Shown here in pieces: positions 44,303 through 58,200 of a stretch of DNA of 64,000 nt. The stretch is from Zancudomyces culisetae HAW-14-8 (Eukaryota > Fungi > Kickxellomycota): assembly GCA_052426225.1 (NCBI GenBank), contig JBNJNM010000012.1, positions 2,046,001-2,110,000 of the forward strand, given 5' to 3'. Position 1 is the first letter of the stretch. Each line of letters begins with the position of its first letter. The position numbers and the translations under genes are program-made. The notes below the pieces were generated by a model, which was given only the letters and a program-made list of their open reading frames with translations, was not told where the DNA came from and made no database searches.

Positions 44303-47300
44303 CAATCCCGTTGGATTTGGCATAAACATTCTTCTTGGATTTAGTCTCAATACTACTGTTATAATTGGTTTTGGATTGCAAAGCACGTGCTGAAGAAAAC
44401 ATAAGCGCTAAATAATTGGTAAGAATGGCTCCTTGTCGATGCGAGTTATAAGGTAGCTTTTGCATTCGATTTAATGATTCTTGAAGAACTTGTAGTTGCG
44501 AATTTTCATCTAGGCTTGGTAGTACCAGCCCTACATACTGCACGCACGAATCGACAAGCGTTGTGTAGCCACAAAAAGTCGACAGCTGGTCTTGGGTCTG
44601 TTGAATCGGTAACAGCTTGTTAATCACTTGGGAAATACTCTGCGACCATCTCGTCATCTTTGTGTATCCAAACTCTAACGCACCAAAATGACACCGAGTA
44701 AAGTCAGCTCCATAATTCAAACCATACGCCAGTGCCAAGTCTGCTTTGTCGGATTGGCTAGTCACTGGAAGTACAGCATTGCTATATACCACCTGTGCCA
44801 ACAAACTGGTCTCACCAACCTCTGCTTCATATCCCCAGCTCCCATTTCTAAATCCGACCAAATATGTTCGTGCTGGTAATTTACCCTTTCCAGATCCAGA
44901 TCCAGATCCAGATCCAGATCCGGATCCAAATCCAAATCCAAATCCAGAACCACCAAATGGCTCACCTTTACCTTTTTTCATTGCAATATTTTGTTTTTGT
45001 TCAGCTCTTTTAACTACTACCACTCCTGCCTCAAAGTTATGAGAACTCTGGATTTCAACAGCTGTTTCCAATACGTTTCTGGCTGCAAACTTTGCCTTTT
45101 CCCTGAAAATCTCAATCAGATTGTTTGAACTCGCCAACACATAAAGTGACAATCTTAACACTGTCGAAACTAAATCGAAGTTCTCCTGTGCTCCAGCCAT
45201 AGCTAAACACGTCGAACATGTAATTACACTGTTTCTAAGATCCAAATGTGTATCCGCTATTGGTCTATAACAAGGAAGCGCACTGTCACTTGCATTCAAG
45301 TCTCTTTCTTGAATTCCATTAAGATAAACTATACTCCACTCTCGCCATCCACTCCCTCCAAACCTCGGATTCCGAGATGTATCTGTATTGCTTTTTCCGA
45401 TTCCAGAATCCACCAAAATACTGTCTGCTATCATTAAATGGCTTTCCCCACATATCGCACCCAAATCCAAAGCCTTTGCCGGAGGTGGGGGCGATTCAAG
45501 TGCATTTTCTGCAAACCTCAACGCATTTTTTACGCTTCGCACAATCAACCCAAGACTCTTTTCCTCCATAATATCATAAAAGCTTTCTCTCCCTTCAGTA
45601 ATTTCTTCCAAACTAACTAGCGCCCTCAAAAGCTCCGAGATATTCTCCACTGCACACGCCCTTGACTGCATCACATGGCTACGATCTGTCCACGGCATGG
45701 TTCCACATATTATCCCCACACCTGATTGGATCTGCCCAGCTTTGCCCATATCCTGTGGCTCACCTACCCCCCAATCCACACCCAGTTGTGCTCTTCCATT
45801 AGCCGTGCCTGGTGGTGCCAATGCTCGTTTCCATAAAACTTGCCAATCCCTATCCATCTTTCCTTTAACCCAATCCAGCTCTAAAACCTTGGGAATAAGT
45901 GTCATAAAACTCGTCAAAATTGTCCATCCTACATGCATCTGCATGTTTCGAGTCGACAACTGAACAACGTGATATGCTACTAATGTTTCTCTCTTCATAT
46001 CAATTTTCAAACTTGCTGTGTTCCTCTCGGCAAATACTATTGATACTTCCTGATTTTTAGTTTGCTCTTCCTCTCCTCCTTCCTCTTTATTGCTTACTAT
46101 TGTTTGTGGCAACTCTACAGTAACTGGTTTGTTTAAAATTCGTTGTGGAGTCAGCCCCAACATTACGTCTATCTCTAAGGGATCTGAACTTAGAATCTTG
46201 TTAAATCTCGAATCCACAATCACATCCAATTCCTTTTGGGCCTGCTTCTTACCTCTCCCTACCTTCGATTTTATAGGCTCCAGTGTTTCCAATGACGAAA
46301 TAAGAGGCGGATTAAGCCCGTACACATCTCTTAGCAAACGAACACTAATCTCATACAGCCAAAAAATAGTACTCGCTGAAATAAGTGCTGGATGCTCACA
46401 CGCTGCCATTCCCATTATCGATCCTATCCCTTGTGCATATCCTAGCGCTTTTCGCATTTGATTTATCGCTGGCTGACATACTTTTCCAACTACACTATAA
46501 AATTCGCTCGTCATTTCCTCAACTGCCTGAACCTCTTGCTGTCCTCCTCCAATCCCCATTCCAATCCCCATTCCCATTCCAAGTCCCATCCCTCTTCTTC
46601 TGTTTGCCGCCATGCTTATTGCCGACTCGTTCCCCAATCGAATTGCATCTTTTATGTAGCCTGGCGCTTTTGCCAACTGCTCTTGTAGTCTGTCCGTGAG
46701 ACACTCAATTGTACCGTTAATAAGCACCGGATTATTTTTCAAATATGTTGCTATACATGTTGCTGCCATCAATCGTGTCGGTTCACTAGGCGCTGCCAGA
46801 AATTTAACCAGCACTTCGTCTTTTATTTCTTTTTTCTTTTTTCTTTGTGTATTTTCATCACCATACTCTGTAGACTTGTATTTCCAACTTTCCTTACTCT
46901 TGAAATCACTACCGTTTCCATCGCTTCCAAAACTGTTTTCTTCATTTTCACCTGTTAGAATATCAAGCTCACCACTCAACTCACCCAAATCGTTGACTAA
47001 ATACATCCAAACCTCTAATGCAACCAACAACCCTACCTCACCAGCTCCCGAAACAACCCCCGCCGAACTCTGTTTGCCTCCAATACCTATCCCAATAGCT
47101 TCATATACTTCTCCAAGTTTCTCCCCAATCAATGCAATTCCCGTCTGGCTCTCAGCCCTGTTGTTCAAAAGCTCTGCTGGGAATACAATCACTCCTTCAT
47201 TATACGCTCCCTCTATCCAAAATTCATACAAGTATTTAAACATCTCAAGCTTGGCCTTTTGGCTAATCATCTTTCGTATCATCGATTCGGTTATTAACCA

Positions 47301-48210
47301 AACACCTATCCGACGCATCGCCAACGATATCGCCTTTGTTTCACCTTCAATTTCTCTAACTTTATCTCTCCCTTCGCTTACTTCATCCACCTCAAAGTAC
47401 GTACATTGCTTTAGCGTCTCGATTTTGCTGATCCCCATCACTTCATGCTTTACTTGGGTTTCTCCCACCAAATCAACCAGCACGTGGTACAATACTATTG
47501 GGTAATATGCCTCTATATACTCCTGTCCCATCTTTTCAAAAAGAAGTGCATATATCTCGCTTATATGTGCCTTCTCTTCACGAGATGCTGCGTACTTGAC
47601 ATAGTGAATACTCAACAACCTCAGTGTTTTTATCAGGTCCCACCCATTGTCTTGCTTTGTTCCTGCATATTCTGTCGCAAATTTGTCCTTTGATCGGATT
47701 TCCACCGAGTTTCGGTATCCTGGCATCGTGTTCCCACTGGGAAGCTGGTCCAAATCCATCGACTTGTTGCTTTCTTGGTATCTTGCTACATTTTCCCGTT
47801 TTTCCATGCTTGAAAACGAATTTATTTTTCGCAATCCATTATCTGGTTTGTCCTGAATATCACCTTGGATACCCTCTTGAATTATAGGGGCCTCTTTTTG
47901 CAATTTGTCACCATCTTCTGGTCCTGCCATCAAGTCCACTCTTTTTTTTGTTGACAAATACTCTGGTGCCTTTTTCCTGTCCTGTTTTAGTATATTTCGC
48001 ATCTCCTTTTCCATATCCCATGCTGATGGTGTCGTTATCGGCAACACGCTTGCCAAAATAGCAACTATCAACTTATTTAGTGCTTTCCTAATCGCTGCCA
48101 CTGTTATTGGAATCATTCTCATCAGAGTTCCTGAAAGAAGTCTTTCCATCTCTGTCACCTTATCATGACCCCGTAAATAATCCGTGCATTCGACTAGTAT
48201 CTCCATTGTC

Positions 48211-48241
<31 letters not shown>

Positions 48242-49066
48242 GTTATTGTTATTGTTATTGTTATTATTACTTCACAGACTTATATATACAAATTCCAATT
48301 CCGAAAACACTGAAACAATCCTTAAATAAATAAATATATAATAGACTGTATTATGGATTACCTTTATCGATGATATTAACAACAATGGGTATTTGTTATG
48401 CAGCATAGATTTGATCGCCTTATATATATCTCCGATAATATTTTCGTTAATCGCCTTTCCAGCACCCATAATAATTTTCCCAAGTGTCCTAACCGCTTCA
48501 GTTCTAACAACCACAGGCTCACTTGTATTTTTGGAGAGCCTGGTCAATATATTTACAAATTCGCCTGCATAACTAATAAGTCTATAACCTGCGGTTTTCC
48601 CTAGAGCTTCAAAAATATACCCCACCAGTACTATGCTCGAACACTTGAATTCTTTTTCAACCAATTTCTTTTTATTTGCCAAACTCTGCTGCAACAAATC
48701 CAAAATATCCGTCAAGTTCTTCATCTCTTCTAATTCTACCAACCGAACCACAACTCTTGCCCCCAAATCACGTATTATTTTACTGGGTCTAGTGGTGATT
48801 GGAATATCCTTAATTCTACTCTGTTTGATATTTTCTTCCAACCATTTGAGTTTGCCCTTGGATAACCTACACAATTCTTCCACTCCAGTATAGGACAGCA
48901 GAATTTTTAGTACCGATTCAACTAGCCCGCTGTTTATATCACGGATTTCGCTCTTGTGGCTCGCTTGCAGTACCGTTTCTAACTCTGAAAACCATTCGAG
49001 TACCAACTCATCCTGATCACTTGGATTTAATTCCCTGTACTTTTCGAGCTTTTTCACAATATCCAT
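38589..49066 (-). CDS. LAA1: HEAT-repeat protein HEATR5/Laa1 (AP-1 accessory factor); exons 49066-48362, 48209-38589 (~3441 aa)
   Basis: N-terminal ELVLEWFSELE and P..IIRDLGARVVVRL. Central RDRFAKAGTALALGSIYAHAG and LHSLSNDPDPLVHSWAMRAL, LG.L.NSVIGVMGPEIQ and LELYEAQI match HEATR5/Laa1. The AAG|GTAATC...AATAG intron joins the two track ORFs in frame. Confidence 0.88.
48211..48270. repeat. (TAT)n/(TATTGT)n microsatellite at the 3' end of the HEATR5 intron
   Basis: tattattatt...tgttattgttattg read directly; it abuts the acceptor AG on the minus strand. Confidence 0.9.
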
Positions 49067-49963
49067 TCTATTTCCCGGTCCCAGTCCTATTCCTATTCCT
49101 GTTCCTATTCCTGTTTCTGTTTCTGTTTCTATTACAGTTTTTTTTAAATACTTTTTGTATATTATCTTTATGTTATAATAATAATAATATTATTATTATT
49201 ATATTTTATCGTATATTGAACAATCAACCAAATAAAGACAAATATAACAATAATATTAAAAAATTAGAGTTTATTCCAGCAACCTATTTCTATTTGCAAA
49301 GAAAGTTGTAAGCCAAATACAATTGTACACCCAGTAATTTTTACTATTAACTTCATTTAAAAATAAAATAATAAAAAAAGAATTGCAAATTATGTTATTA
49401 CCAAACAAGAAATCAACAAGTGAAAATCAAACTCCATGCAAAAAAAAAATAATAATAATAATTTCAACTCCAGCCCCTCCCCCGCCCACTATCCTATCTA
49501 GTTTCCTATCTTCCCTTTCCTCCCTTCCCTTCCTACTTTAATAATAAAGTTCATTGTTTTTTTGTATCTCATGCATCTTTTACTGAGAAAAAAGAAAAGA
49601 ATTTTGGTAACCAGAACAAACTGTGTAATAAATATTGTCAAGGACTAGTCACAATATACAAACAATCATAGTTTACACATAGTTTAAACAAATATATATA
49701 TATACATATCCACTTTATTCGCGTCATTTTGTTTTTTTCTTGAATAGATTTTATTTATAGTTGTTTTTTTCAAATTGATATATACTAGTCAAGGTCAAAG
49801 CAAATGGTAAAATTTTTTTTAAAAAAATAAAGTATTATTAAGAGAATTAAAAGGCTGTGTGTAAGATGATTAAGAGACAAAGAGAGTGTGTCAGGAGAAG
49901 AAAGCAACTACCACCACTACCACTACCACTACCACTACTTCCAAAAACAGTAATCGACAAGAA

Positions 49964-51679
49964 TTACTGCTGTACCTCTTCATCTGTATTAGTGACATCA
50001 TCAAAGGATTCATAACCATCTCGACCATCATCTTCGTTCATTTCAAATTGTCCAGGCTTTGTTCCACCGACAATTCGTATATCACCACTATTAATAAATG
50101 TACTTTTCTTATTTTCGAGTTTAATTTTTTGATTCTCAATATTGAAAATATCCTTTTGTTCTGCAACATCAATTCCAATATTCAATTGGCCAATACTGCT
50201 GCTGATGTTTGTACCATAAATCTTATTTTCACCTGCACTATCACTGCTGTTGTGGCTTTTCAAGTGTTCCCAAGTGTTCTGGTGATGCAATTGATGTGGG
50301 TATGGGATTTGATAGCTTCCGAATTCACATTGGTAAACTGCGACTAGTTTTACTGAGCAAGTTTTATTGTTTGGTGGTGGTGGTGGTCTGATTGTCTCGG
50401 TTTCTGTCTCGGTTTTGTTTTCTGTTTCTGAGTGCGTTTGTGTCTGTGATGTGGTACACGTTTCAATTGTAGTTTGTTCATGGGTGGTGGTGCAAGTGGT
50501 ATATTCAGTCTCTTCAATAGTGTTTGTTACTGTTGTTGTGACGTAGATTGAGTCTGTGATATTTAAAGTTACAGTGGACTTTTCGGTGGATGATGGCAAA
50601 TATACTGAAGGTTGACTTGGTTTGCTGCTCGAGGATGGATATCCTAATGTTTTGGAAAAAGAAGTGTATGTTGATGAAGAAGCTAATGAAGAAGAGGAAG
50701 AAGAAGATGATGATGATGGTGATGTTGATGATGTTGATGATGTTGATGATGTTGATGATGTTGATGTTGATGTTGATGTTGATGTTGATGATGATGATGA
50801 TGTTGATGATGATGATGATGTTGATGATGATGATGATGTTGATGATGATGATGTTGTTGATGATGTTGATGATGATGATGATGTTGATGATGTTGATGAT
50901 GTTGATGATGTTGATGATGTTGATGGTGATGAATAAGCTACTGATATAACTTCCGTTTCCAATTCCGTTTCCAATTCTGTTTCAATTTCCGTTTCAGTTT
51001 CTACTTCAGTTTCTACTTCAGTTTTAATTACTGTTGATCCATCAACATTCGTTTCCGTCTCAATTTCCGTCTCAATTTCCGTTTCAATTTCCGTCTCAGT
51101 TTCCGTATTAATTCTTGTTGATGTCAATATTGAGTACATCAAAGTTTGCTCATCATTGTTACTGTTATTATTATTATTGTCAGGTATAGAAAAAGTTGAA
51201 GAAAAAAAGGATGGATCAATAGCCTTGTATAAATATTCATTATCACCATCAGCTTTCGATAACGATGTGTATACTGGTGTGTATGATGGTGTGTATGACG
51301 GTTTATACGTGGTTTCGGTTGGTAATTGATCAGTAGTACTCATGGATGTTACCAATTCAAAACTTTTATTTCCATCTTGGTACTTGCTTTTATCTTGATT
51401 TTCATCACCATCACCATTTTCATTTCCATACTCATTTCCATACTCATCTTCATTGTTTCCATTTTCATATTCTTGACCAGTTTCTTGTCTGGTACCAATA
51501 ATACTCCCTTCATTACCGTTCACATCTTCCAAAACATCTTGATACTCACTACCACTACTACCACTACTACCACTACTTGAAGTAATAGTACTTTTTTGTT
51601 GTTCTTTATACATTTGCGCCATAATTGTAATGCTGTTGGTATATCCCAACAATAAACACGAGATACCTGTTACCTTCAT
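49964..51679 (-). CDS. Putative secreted mucin-like Ser/Thr/Glu-rich protein (571 aa)
   Basis: Possible short hydrophobic signal peptide, (ETEI/ETEV)n repeats, about 80 residues of Ser/Thr, a Thr/Cys-containing segment and a non-repetitive C-terminus. Confidence 0.75.
   Translation of the reverse strand: MKVTGISCLLLGYTNSITIMAQMYKEQQKSTITSSSGSSGSSGSEYQDVLEDVNGNEGSIIGTRQETGQEYENGNNEDEYGNEYGNENGDGDENQDKSKYQDGNKSFELVTSMSTTDQLPTETTYKPSYTPSYTPVYTSLSKADGDNEYLYKAIDPSFFSSTFSIPDNNNNNSNNDEQTLMYSILTSTRINTETETEIETEIETEIETETNVDGSTVIKTEVETEVETETEIETELETELETEVISVAYSSPSTSSTSSTSSTSSTSSSSSTSSTTSSSSTSSSSSTSSSSSTSSSSSTSTSTSTSTSSTSSTSSTSSTSPSSSSSSSSSSLASSSTYTSFSKTLGYPSSSSKPSQPSVYLPSSTEKSTVTLNITDSIYVTTTVTNTIEETEYTTCTTTHEQTTIETCTTSQTQTHSETENKTETETETIRPPPPPNNKTCSVKLVAVYQCEFGSYQIPYPHQLHHQNTWEHLKSHNSSDSAGENKIYGTNISSSIGQLNIGIDVAEQKDIFNIENQKIKLENKKSTFINSGDIRIVGGTKPGQFEMNEDDGRDGYESFDDVTNTDEEVQQ
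50700..51105. repeat. Coding microsatellite arrays (GAT/GTT)n and 12-bp AATTTCCGTYTC-type repeats
   Basis: gatgttgatgat... run at about 50707-50930 and repeated tttccgtctcaa units at about 50950-51105. These encode poly-Ser/Thr and ETEI repeats on the minus strand. Confidence 0.9.
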
Positions 51680-52250
51680 TATTTCTTTCTGTTGTTGTTG
51701 TTGTTGTTGTTGTTGTCGCTTTGTTTTTATATTTTTAGAATCAAAATGATACGAATTATAATATAGTTTAATATATATAAAAACATTACCTCCCTTGCTT
51801 TTTCCTTGGTATTTATACCTTTTTTCTTCACTTTTTCTATTTTGGTTGTTAACCCTTTCATTACTTTAGTATATTCTGTTTCTTCTCTCCACCACCACCA
51901 TCACCACCATCACCTACACATGAACACACTTGTTATTCACTCTGCCCTCCTCCACCCCCGCCCCCGCTTCTGTTCCTATCCTCCACCCAAAAATAAAACT
52001 AAAAGAATAGGGTGAATGTTGAGAAATTTTGATTTCTATTATTTTATCCCATTTACAATACTCATAATACTGTTCTAACCCTCCACCTTACACCCTCCAC
52101 CCTTTCTCCTAAACAAAAACACACTATTACACTACTCCCCACCTCTCCATGTTGTTTTCTTGTTAATATTACCTATTTATTTATTTGTATATATATATAT
52201 TAAAACCAAAACGTACTAAAATAAAACAAAATAATAATAAAAATACTCTT

Positions 52251-55200
52251 TTATAATGTAATCCATCCTCCAATGTCAAAAACGTTTTCAATCTTTCTAG
52301 CAACTGTAATGGCCAATTTCTGATGTGCTGCCATAATTCTAAAATCATCAAACCTCATTTGGCTTAAAAATAACGGCCTTCCCCTCTTCAAGCCCAAATC
52401 CACTTCCCCGTGTGTATCCAAATAAGGTGATTGCAAAAAACACCCATTTTTCAAGTGCAACATCAGCAACGCACACTTCTTGACAGGTAAATAAAAGCCA
52501 GTAGTTCCTCCGCACACTCGCATATGCAAATTACACTCACCCACCCCATTATCCTCACAACAAAAGGCTTGTAAGCAGACAAATCTGCCACACAGTAAAC
52601 ACAATGCGGGATCTGTAGGTGCTGATGAGCACCTCAAACAGTAGGCCTTGTAACTCTTTTCGAACAATACCTCGAATCGATATGGTAGCTTTACAAGGTT
52701 ATAGATGGAAGGAGCCGAAAGAGGAATAGCCATTGTATACCCCGAACCAACTGAAATGGGTGAGCGATGTTTGTTCCTAAAATCGGCCAACTGATTACAC
52801 CAACGAGTTACCATGCAAGTCAAAACTGAAGAAGATTGAAAAGAGAGTAAGATTGCAGGGGGAGGTAATCGCAAGAATACCCACAACCTGGCAAACTCGG
52901 TATAATCATCAAGATTGGATGTGTGGTGTTCAGGGAATTTAACACCAAACATCATGCTCATAAGAGCAGATGCACGACGCATAAAGGGAAGCAGTAGTTG
53001 GACAAACAGCAAACAGACATGACTAGACAGGCCGGGTTTCTCAAGGTTTTCAAGCTGGTAAGAAGGAGAGTTTTCAGGGGCAGAGGAGAAAAGCAGAGAT
53101 CTAACCCAAGCAACAAGTTCCAGGATCAGACGATGAGTAGAAAGCTCAGGGCGTTTTCCATGGGAGGTAGAGTTGTTATCAAGGTGATCAAAAGTAAGGT
53201 TAAAGGAGGCAAAGGCAGAGTCAAGAGACATCAAATGGAGTTTTGGGTCATCGGACCATTTAGTACGAGACTGAGCTTTGGGGAAAGCAGGATAGTTGGC
53301 AGGGATGGAAACAGAGCGAGAGTAGACAGTGTTTGATCTGGGATTAAATCTTGTATACAGAGGGCATAGTGTGGATGAAATAGGAGTAGGAGAACCAGCA
53401 TAGCTACCTACGGTAGAGTCACCGACACCGATACTAACACGGACCAGTTCAACAATAAAGAACAGCCGCAACAAGCGCCATTGATCAAGATCAACCAACT
53501 CGTTTACACAAGCACTCTGCTCAACAAACAGCTTGAAAGGATCGCACATCAAAAACGGTTTGACAGGCAGTCTCAGCTGGTCCAGTGCAACATTGAGTTC
53601 CAGCGGTGGTAAAGTTGGGTTGTCGAGAGCGGAAGGTGGCCGCAGTGGCTCCAATAGATCACGGATGGAATCTAGCAACAAGTGTTTGGAGGCAAGCACA
53701 GACTCAGCAGTTAGAGAGTCGGTGATTACAGGCTCAGACTTGGCTAAAACAGACGATCTATGCAGATTGGCCGAAGCTATTTCGGAGATTGAACAGCAGT
53801 CGGAAAGCAAGAAACGGTAGTGAGACTGAACAACGCGAATCAAAGCATAAATAAAGGAAATCTGGGTAAAGGAAACGCTGTCGGTCCAGAGTTGAGCAGG
53901 AGACAGTCTGCGCGGATCATCTTGGTCAAGGTGTTTAGGAGTGCGTCGACCACGTGCACCGACTTCGACACACATAATTGTTTCGGCCAGAATAGACGAC
54001 AGAAGCTGCTCAAACAACACTGGCTGTGGTTTTGCCCCAACAACATCGGCATGGTCTTTATACTCGTCGTGCAACCCTCCAGCTTTGGCTGAGCCATCCA
54101 ATCTGTGGTCGTCATAGCCCATCTCATCATCTTCATCATCTACAACATTCCCGTGTTGAGCTGCGGGTTTGTCCGAGCTCTTGTTTGCATCAGCCATTTC
54201 GTAATCAGTGTCGGGCTGGTTGGGTCGTATGAAATGAGGAGGCAGTCTGATATCGGAAGATAAGGCAGATCCGCCATAAACTCTGCTAGTAGATGTATGA
54301 GATGGATGGTGGTCGGGTTCTGGGAGGTCCGGAAGAGTCAAAGCATTTGCTCCCATCTCACCAATAGTTCTCATTGCACTAGGAATGGCTCCAATAAACG
54401 GAATTCCAGCACCAAAATTGGCAAGCGATTCTGCATATTGGCCAGCGGTTTCGGAAAGCGATGTTTGCATGTTCATAACCGAGTTGAGCATAGATGTTGG
54501 TCCAGTACGTGCATGTGCATTTGGAGTTGAATGTGGATGTGCATTTGGATGTGGATGTGGATGTGCATTTGGATGTGGGTGTGGATGTGAATGCGAACGT
54601 GGATCGTTAGATAGAGGTGCATCTCTACCTGATGTTCGTGATGATATTGCATATCTGTTTAAATCCACATTACCTGTTGTTGTTGTTGCTCCTGGTGTTC
54701 CTGGTGTTCCTGGTGTTGCTGTTGTTGCTGTTGTTGCTACAGTTTGTCTCAAGTGACTCTGTCCTGTTCCTCGTTGTTGGTGATAGTTTCCAATTCCTTC
54801 ATTTTCGATACTCTTGGCTGCTGAAGATCCTGAATTGCTGTTGTTGTATGATTGAGATGTTGGTGCAAATTGAGGCTGAGTTCGGTTTGGGTTTTTGCGG
54901 AGTAGATGCTTGAAAAGATCAGGGTGAGGTAATCCAATAAGATTATCAACACTAACCACTTCTGCTACCTTTTGAATCTGTTTGTATATTTCGTTATACG
55001 TCGTGATTGCTGCCTGGAGTTCTTCTTTTGCTGCAAATGTTTCGAAATGAACTTGGTTGTTTGTGTCATTACCAAAACCCAGAATATGTGGAATCCCCAA
55101 GGAATATGCTCCACTAGTATTTCCATTTGCACCGGCATTAACATTACTGTGATGACTATTGGTGTTGGTATTCGCTCCAAACGCTGCCCCACGATTCGAA

Positions 55201-58200
55201 AAGTTTTGTAGTGTCACTCCACTGTGCCCAGGCCATGGCGGACTACCTGCAGTCGCATGCGATACTGCATTTCCATATGCCCGCAATCTTGGCCATATAA
55301 ATGCGTTGGGATCTGCCGTCTCAATGTTTTGGATCTGTCTAAAATTGTCATAATTTCGAGACTCAAACGAAGCAGAATCCTCCAGTGGTGCATCGTTTGT
55401 TTCCACTTGCAATCGATTGTTTATTTCTATCGCTGGATTGTTATTTCTATTACTGTTTGGGTTGTAGGTGTAACCAGCTGCTGATCGACTAGTACCGGCC
55501 TGATTAAACGATACAGAAGGAGGGTTCGGGCTGTAGTAAGAATTCTTTCCATTAGTTCCAACACTGGTCGGAATGTATTTGTGACCGCGATTAAGTTTAG
55601 ATGAGCTTGGAGCGTTTTCAACAACCAAATATCCACTCCTATTGCTGTGTTCATGTGTTGTAGCCATTTGCTTATAAGAAAGTTGACGTTGAATCCTATT
55701 TACATAATTCCGCCATTCCCCAAATGTTGAATACACATACAACGTAATTGGGAATAGAATTCGCCATTCGTCATTGACCTCGACCCTTCCTGACTCTGTC
55801 GCCCCCATCACTCGTTGCCTCAATGCATTCCACCCTTCAAAAAATCGCAATGGCGATCGAGATAATAAATCGGTAGGCAGCCTGCTGGAAATAGAGTCGG
55901 GTAGCTGGTCGCGAAAACTTGACAGACTGGGCCTACCCAGGGACGGTGCAATAGTGGCAAATTGGTTCAGTGCGTTTTGACCCTCTGTTACTGAACTCAG
56001 AATCCGACCCATAAATGAGCGTTCATCTGGTCTAATATTGATTCCTTCATTTTGTAGCTGAGCCTCTGGGCCAAATTGCGGATTAGATGTGTTTGTTCCC
56101 ACTGTTGTTGCTCCCGCTCCCACTCCCGCTGCTGTTGTTGCTGTTGCTGTCATTGTTGATGCTATCGCTGATGCTGATGCTGATGCTGATGTTGCTGATG
56201 TAGTGTTTGTTGCTGCTGTGACTGGAGGAATGTTTGATGACATGTCAGCCAGTCCTGGCAGGTTCTTTTCGGGATTAACTGAACTGTTCAGCTTGGAAAA
56301 TAATCCAGACCACTCGCCAGTTAGCCACTTGTCAAAGTCAACCATTGTTTGATTCCCAAAATCTTCACTGGCCATCTCTACTAGCCCAGCACTTTTGTTT
56401 GTTTCGGTCAAAATTGGAAGCAAGAAATTGCCCAAACTGTTACACAGAGGACAAAGAAACTCGCCACGGTCCAATGTCTCTGCATAATTGCGTAAAAGTT
56501 GTCTGGATTGTTTGATTTTGGCCTCCTTGCAATACTGATCAAAGCATGTCTGATGCATAGTATGGCCACACGAACTTGCTACCGAACCTCGCTGCCGGTA
56601 AGATGGTGGAAATCCCTCCAACCCCGATGGCGCACCCAGCGAAATCGGCGTTTTCTCATACAAATGCAACAAATCAACTGTGTCGGCGACCTCGTTATAC
56701 ACGTTGTAGTTGGATTTTTCCTTGGTATCATCTTCAGTCTGGGCTTTTGGATTCTCTGAAGACATGTCGTCTTTGGAATAGTTCATTAGCTTATCAAAGG
56801 GTAACGGTTCGTCTAAAGATAGTGGCTGGTCAATTATCTCGGCCACATGGTGTGAGCTGTTGAGTGGCGCCTGGCGAAGAATGTATGTGGACTGAACCAA
56901 CGCCAACACGCCGTATGGTTTGGATCCATCACATGATTCCTGACACACAATACACGCACCGCCCGGTACTTCCAGCGTGGGTTTGTAGACCGTGGCTGGG
57001 ATGCTTTTGTTGGTCGGGTCAGACGATATATTCATGTCGTCTTTACCTTCTTGGTGCCCTCGCTCGTAATTTTCTTCATCTGAAATGTCCTCCAGCTGGT
57101 CTCCAAAATTGCTGATAAATGTCTGTTGTGCCTTGGCAAAATCCGCCATAATCTGTGCTTGCCGTTCTTTAGCGGCCTTCCGCTTCCTTTCTGCCTCGTT
57201 TTCCTCGTCATGCGCCATTTCAATGCTCTCCAAATCCATACCACTCTCCCTCAGTTTGTTTAGATATCCATCTATCCATCTACTGATCTCCACGCTACCC
57301 TTTCTAAACAGCTTAATTATCAATTCTATCTTTGTCCGCCACTGTTTAACATCATTTCGAAGTCTTAGCACCAAAAGCAACTCAAGAAGACTGATTGGCG
57401 CACCCGACTCGCCAGGAACATCAAATTTAAGCTCAATGGAATACTGCCATAGTCCTCCACACCCCCTCTCTGCACCATAATTCAGATTCGTTGCCATCTC
57501 ACCTCGGGCACCATCAATCAGCGCCAACAAAACCAAATGCAGTGCACTGTCCAGAATCGTACTTGAACTAACCATGTGGTTTTTAGTACAGTTACACAGA
57601 GCATAGAACAGCACCTGGCACGATAGTTTCGTATGTAAAATCCCTGCAAGTCCCCTAAACACACCTTGCTTGATCTCTATAGGGTTGGGGATGATGATCG
57701 GTGGATTAATATCCGCTCCGATGTGACTAGGAGGTAACCCTTTAGCATGGTATCGCTTCTTAAGCCGCAACAGTAATACTTCTTCGATTTCCTCCCGTTG
57801 GTTTTTTGAATAATGAATAAAATGAGGATCCACCTCGTCCAAATATTCATCCTTAAGTTCATATACTCCTGAATCCAACACTGATGTTGGCGGTCTAAAC
57901 GTGGCCAACTCCAACAACATTGTGTCGAATTGCGGGTGGTCTGCTAGCCGCTCGGGAATCTTTTTGGTAAGCTCCGAATATGACGTCTGTGAAAGGCATC
58001 CATGGATAATTTCTCGTCTTGAAAGCTCCTTGCTGCTTCTTCCCGCTGCCACATCTCTATCTGACACCAAAACAATCAACACTGTCAAAAACTCTTCAAC
58101 TAAATATACCACTTGTGATGGTTCGCATCCTGCAACCTCCCCATCCAACTTGTGTGGACGCCCACTAAACCAGTCAAACAACTCAAATCTATCTACTATC

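Noticed and set aside
50590-50949. Poly-Met/Leu and poly-Asp/Val ORFs
   Set aside because: They are antisense or alternative frames of the (TCA/ACA)n Ser/Thr array in the 571-aa gene.
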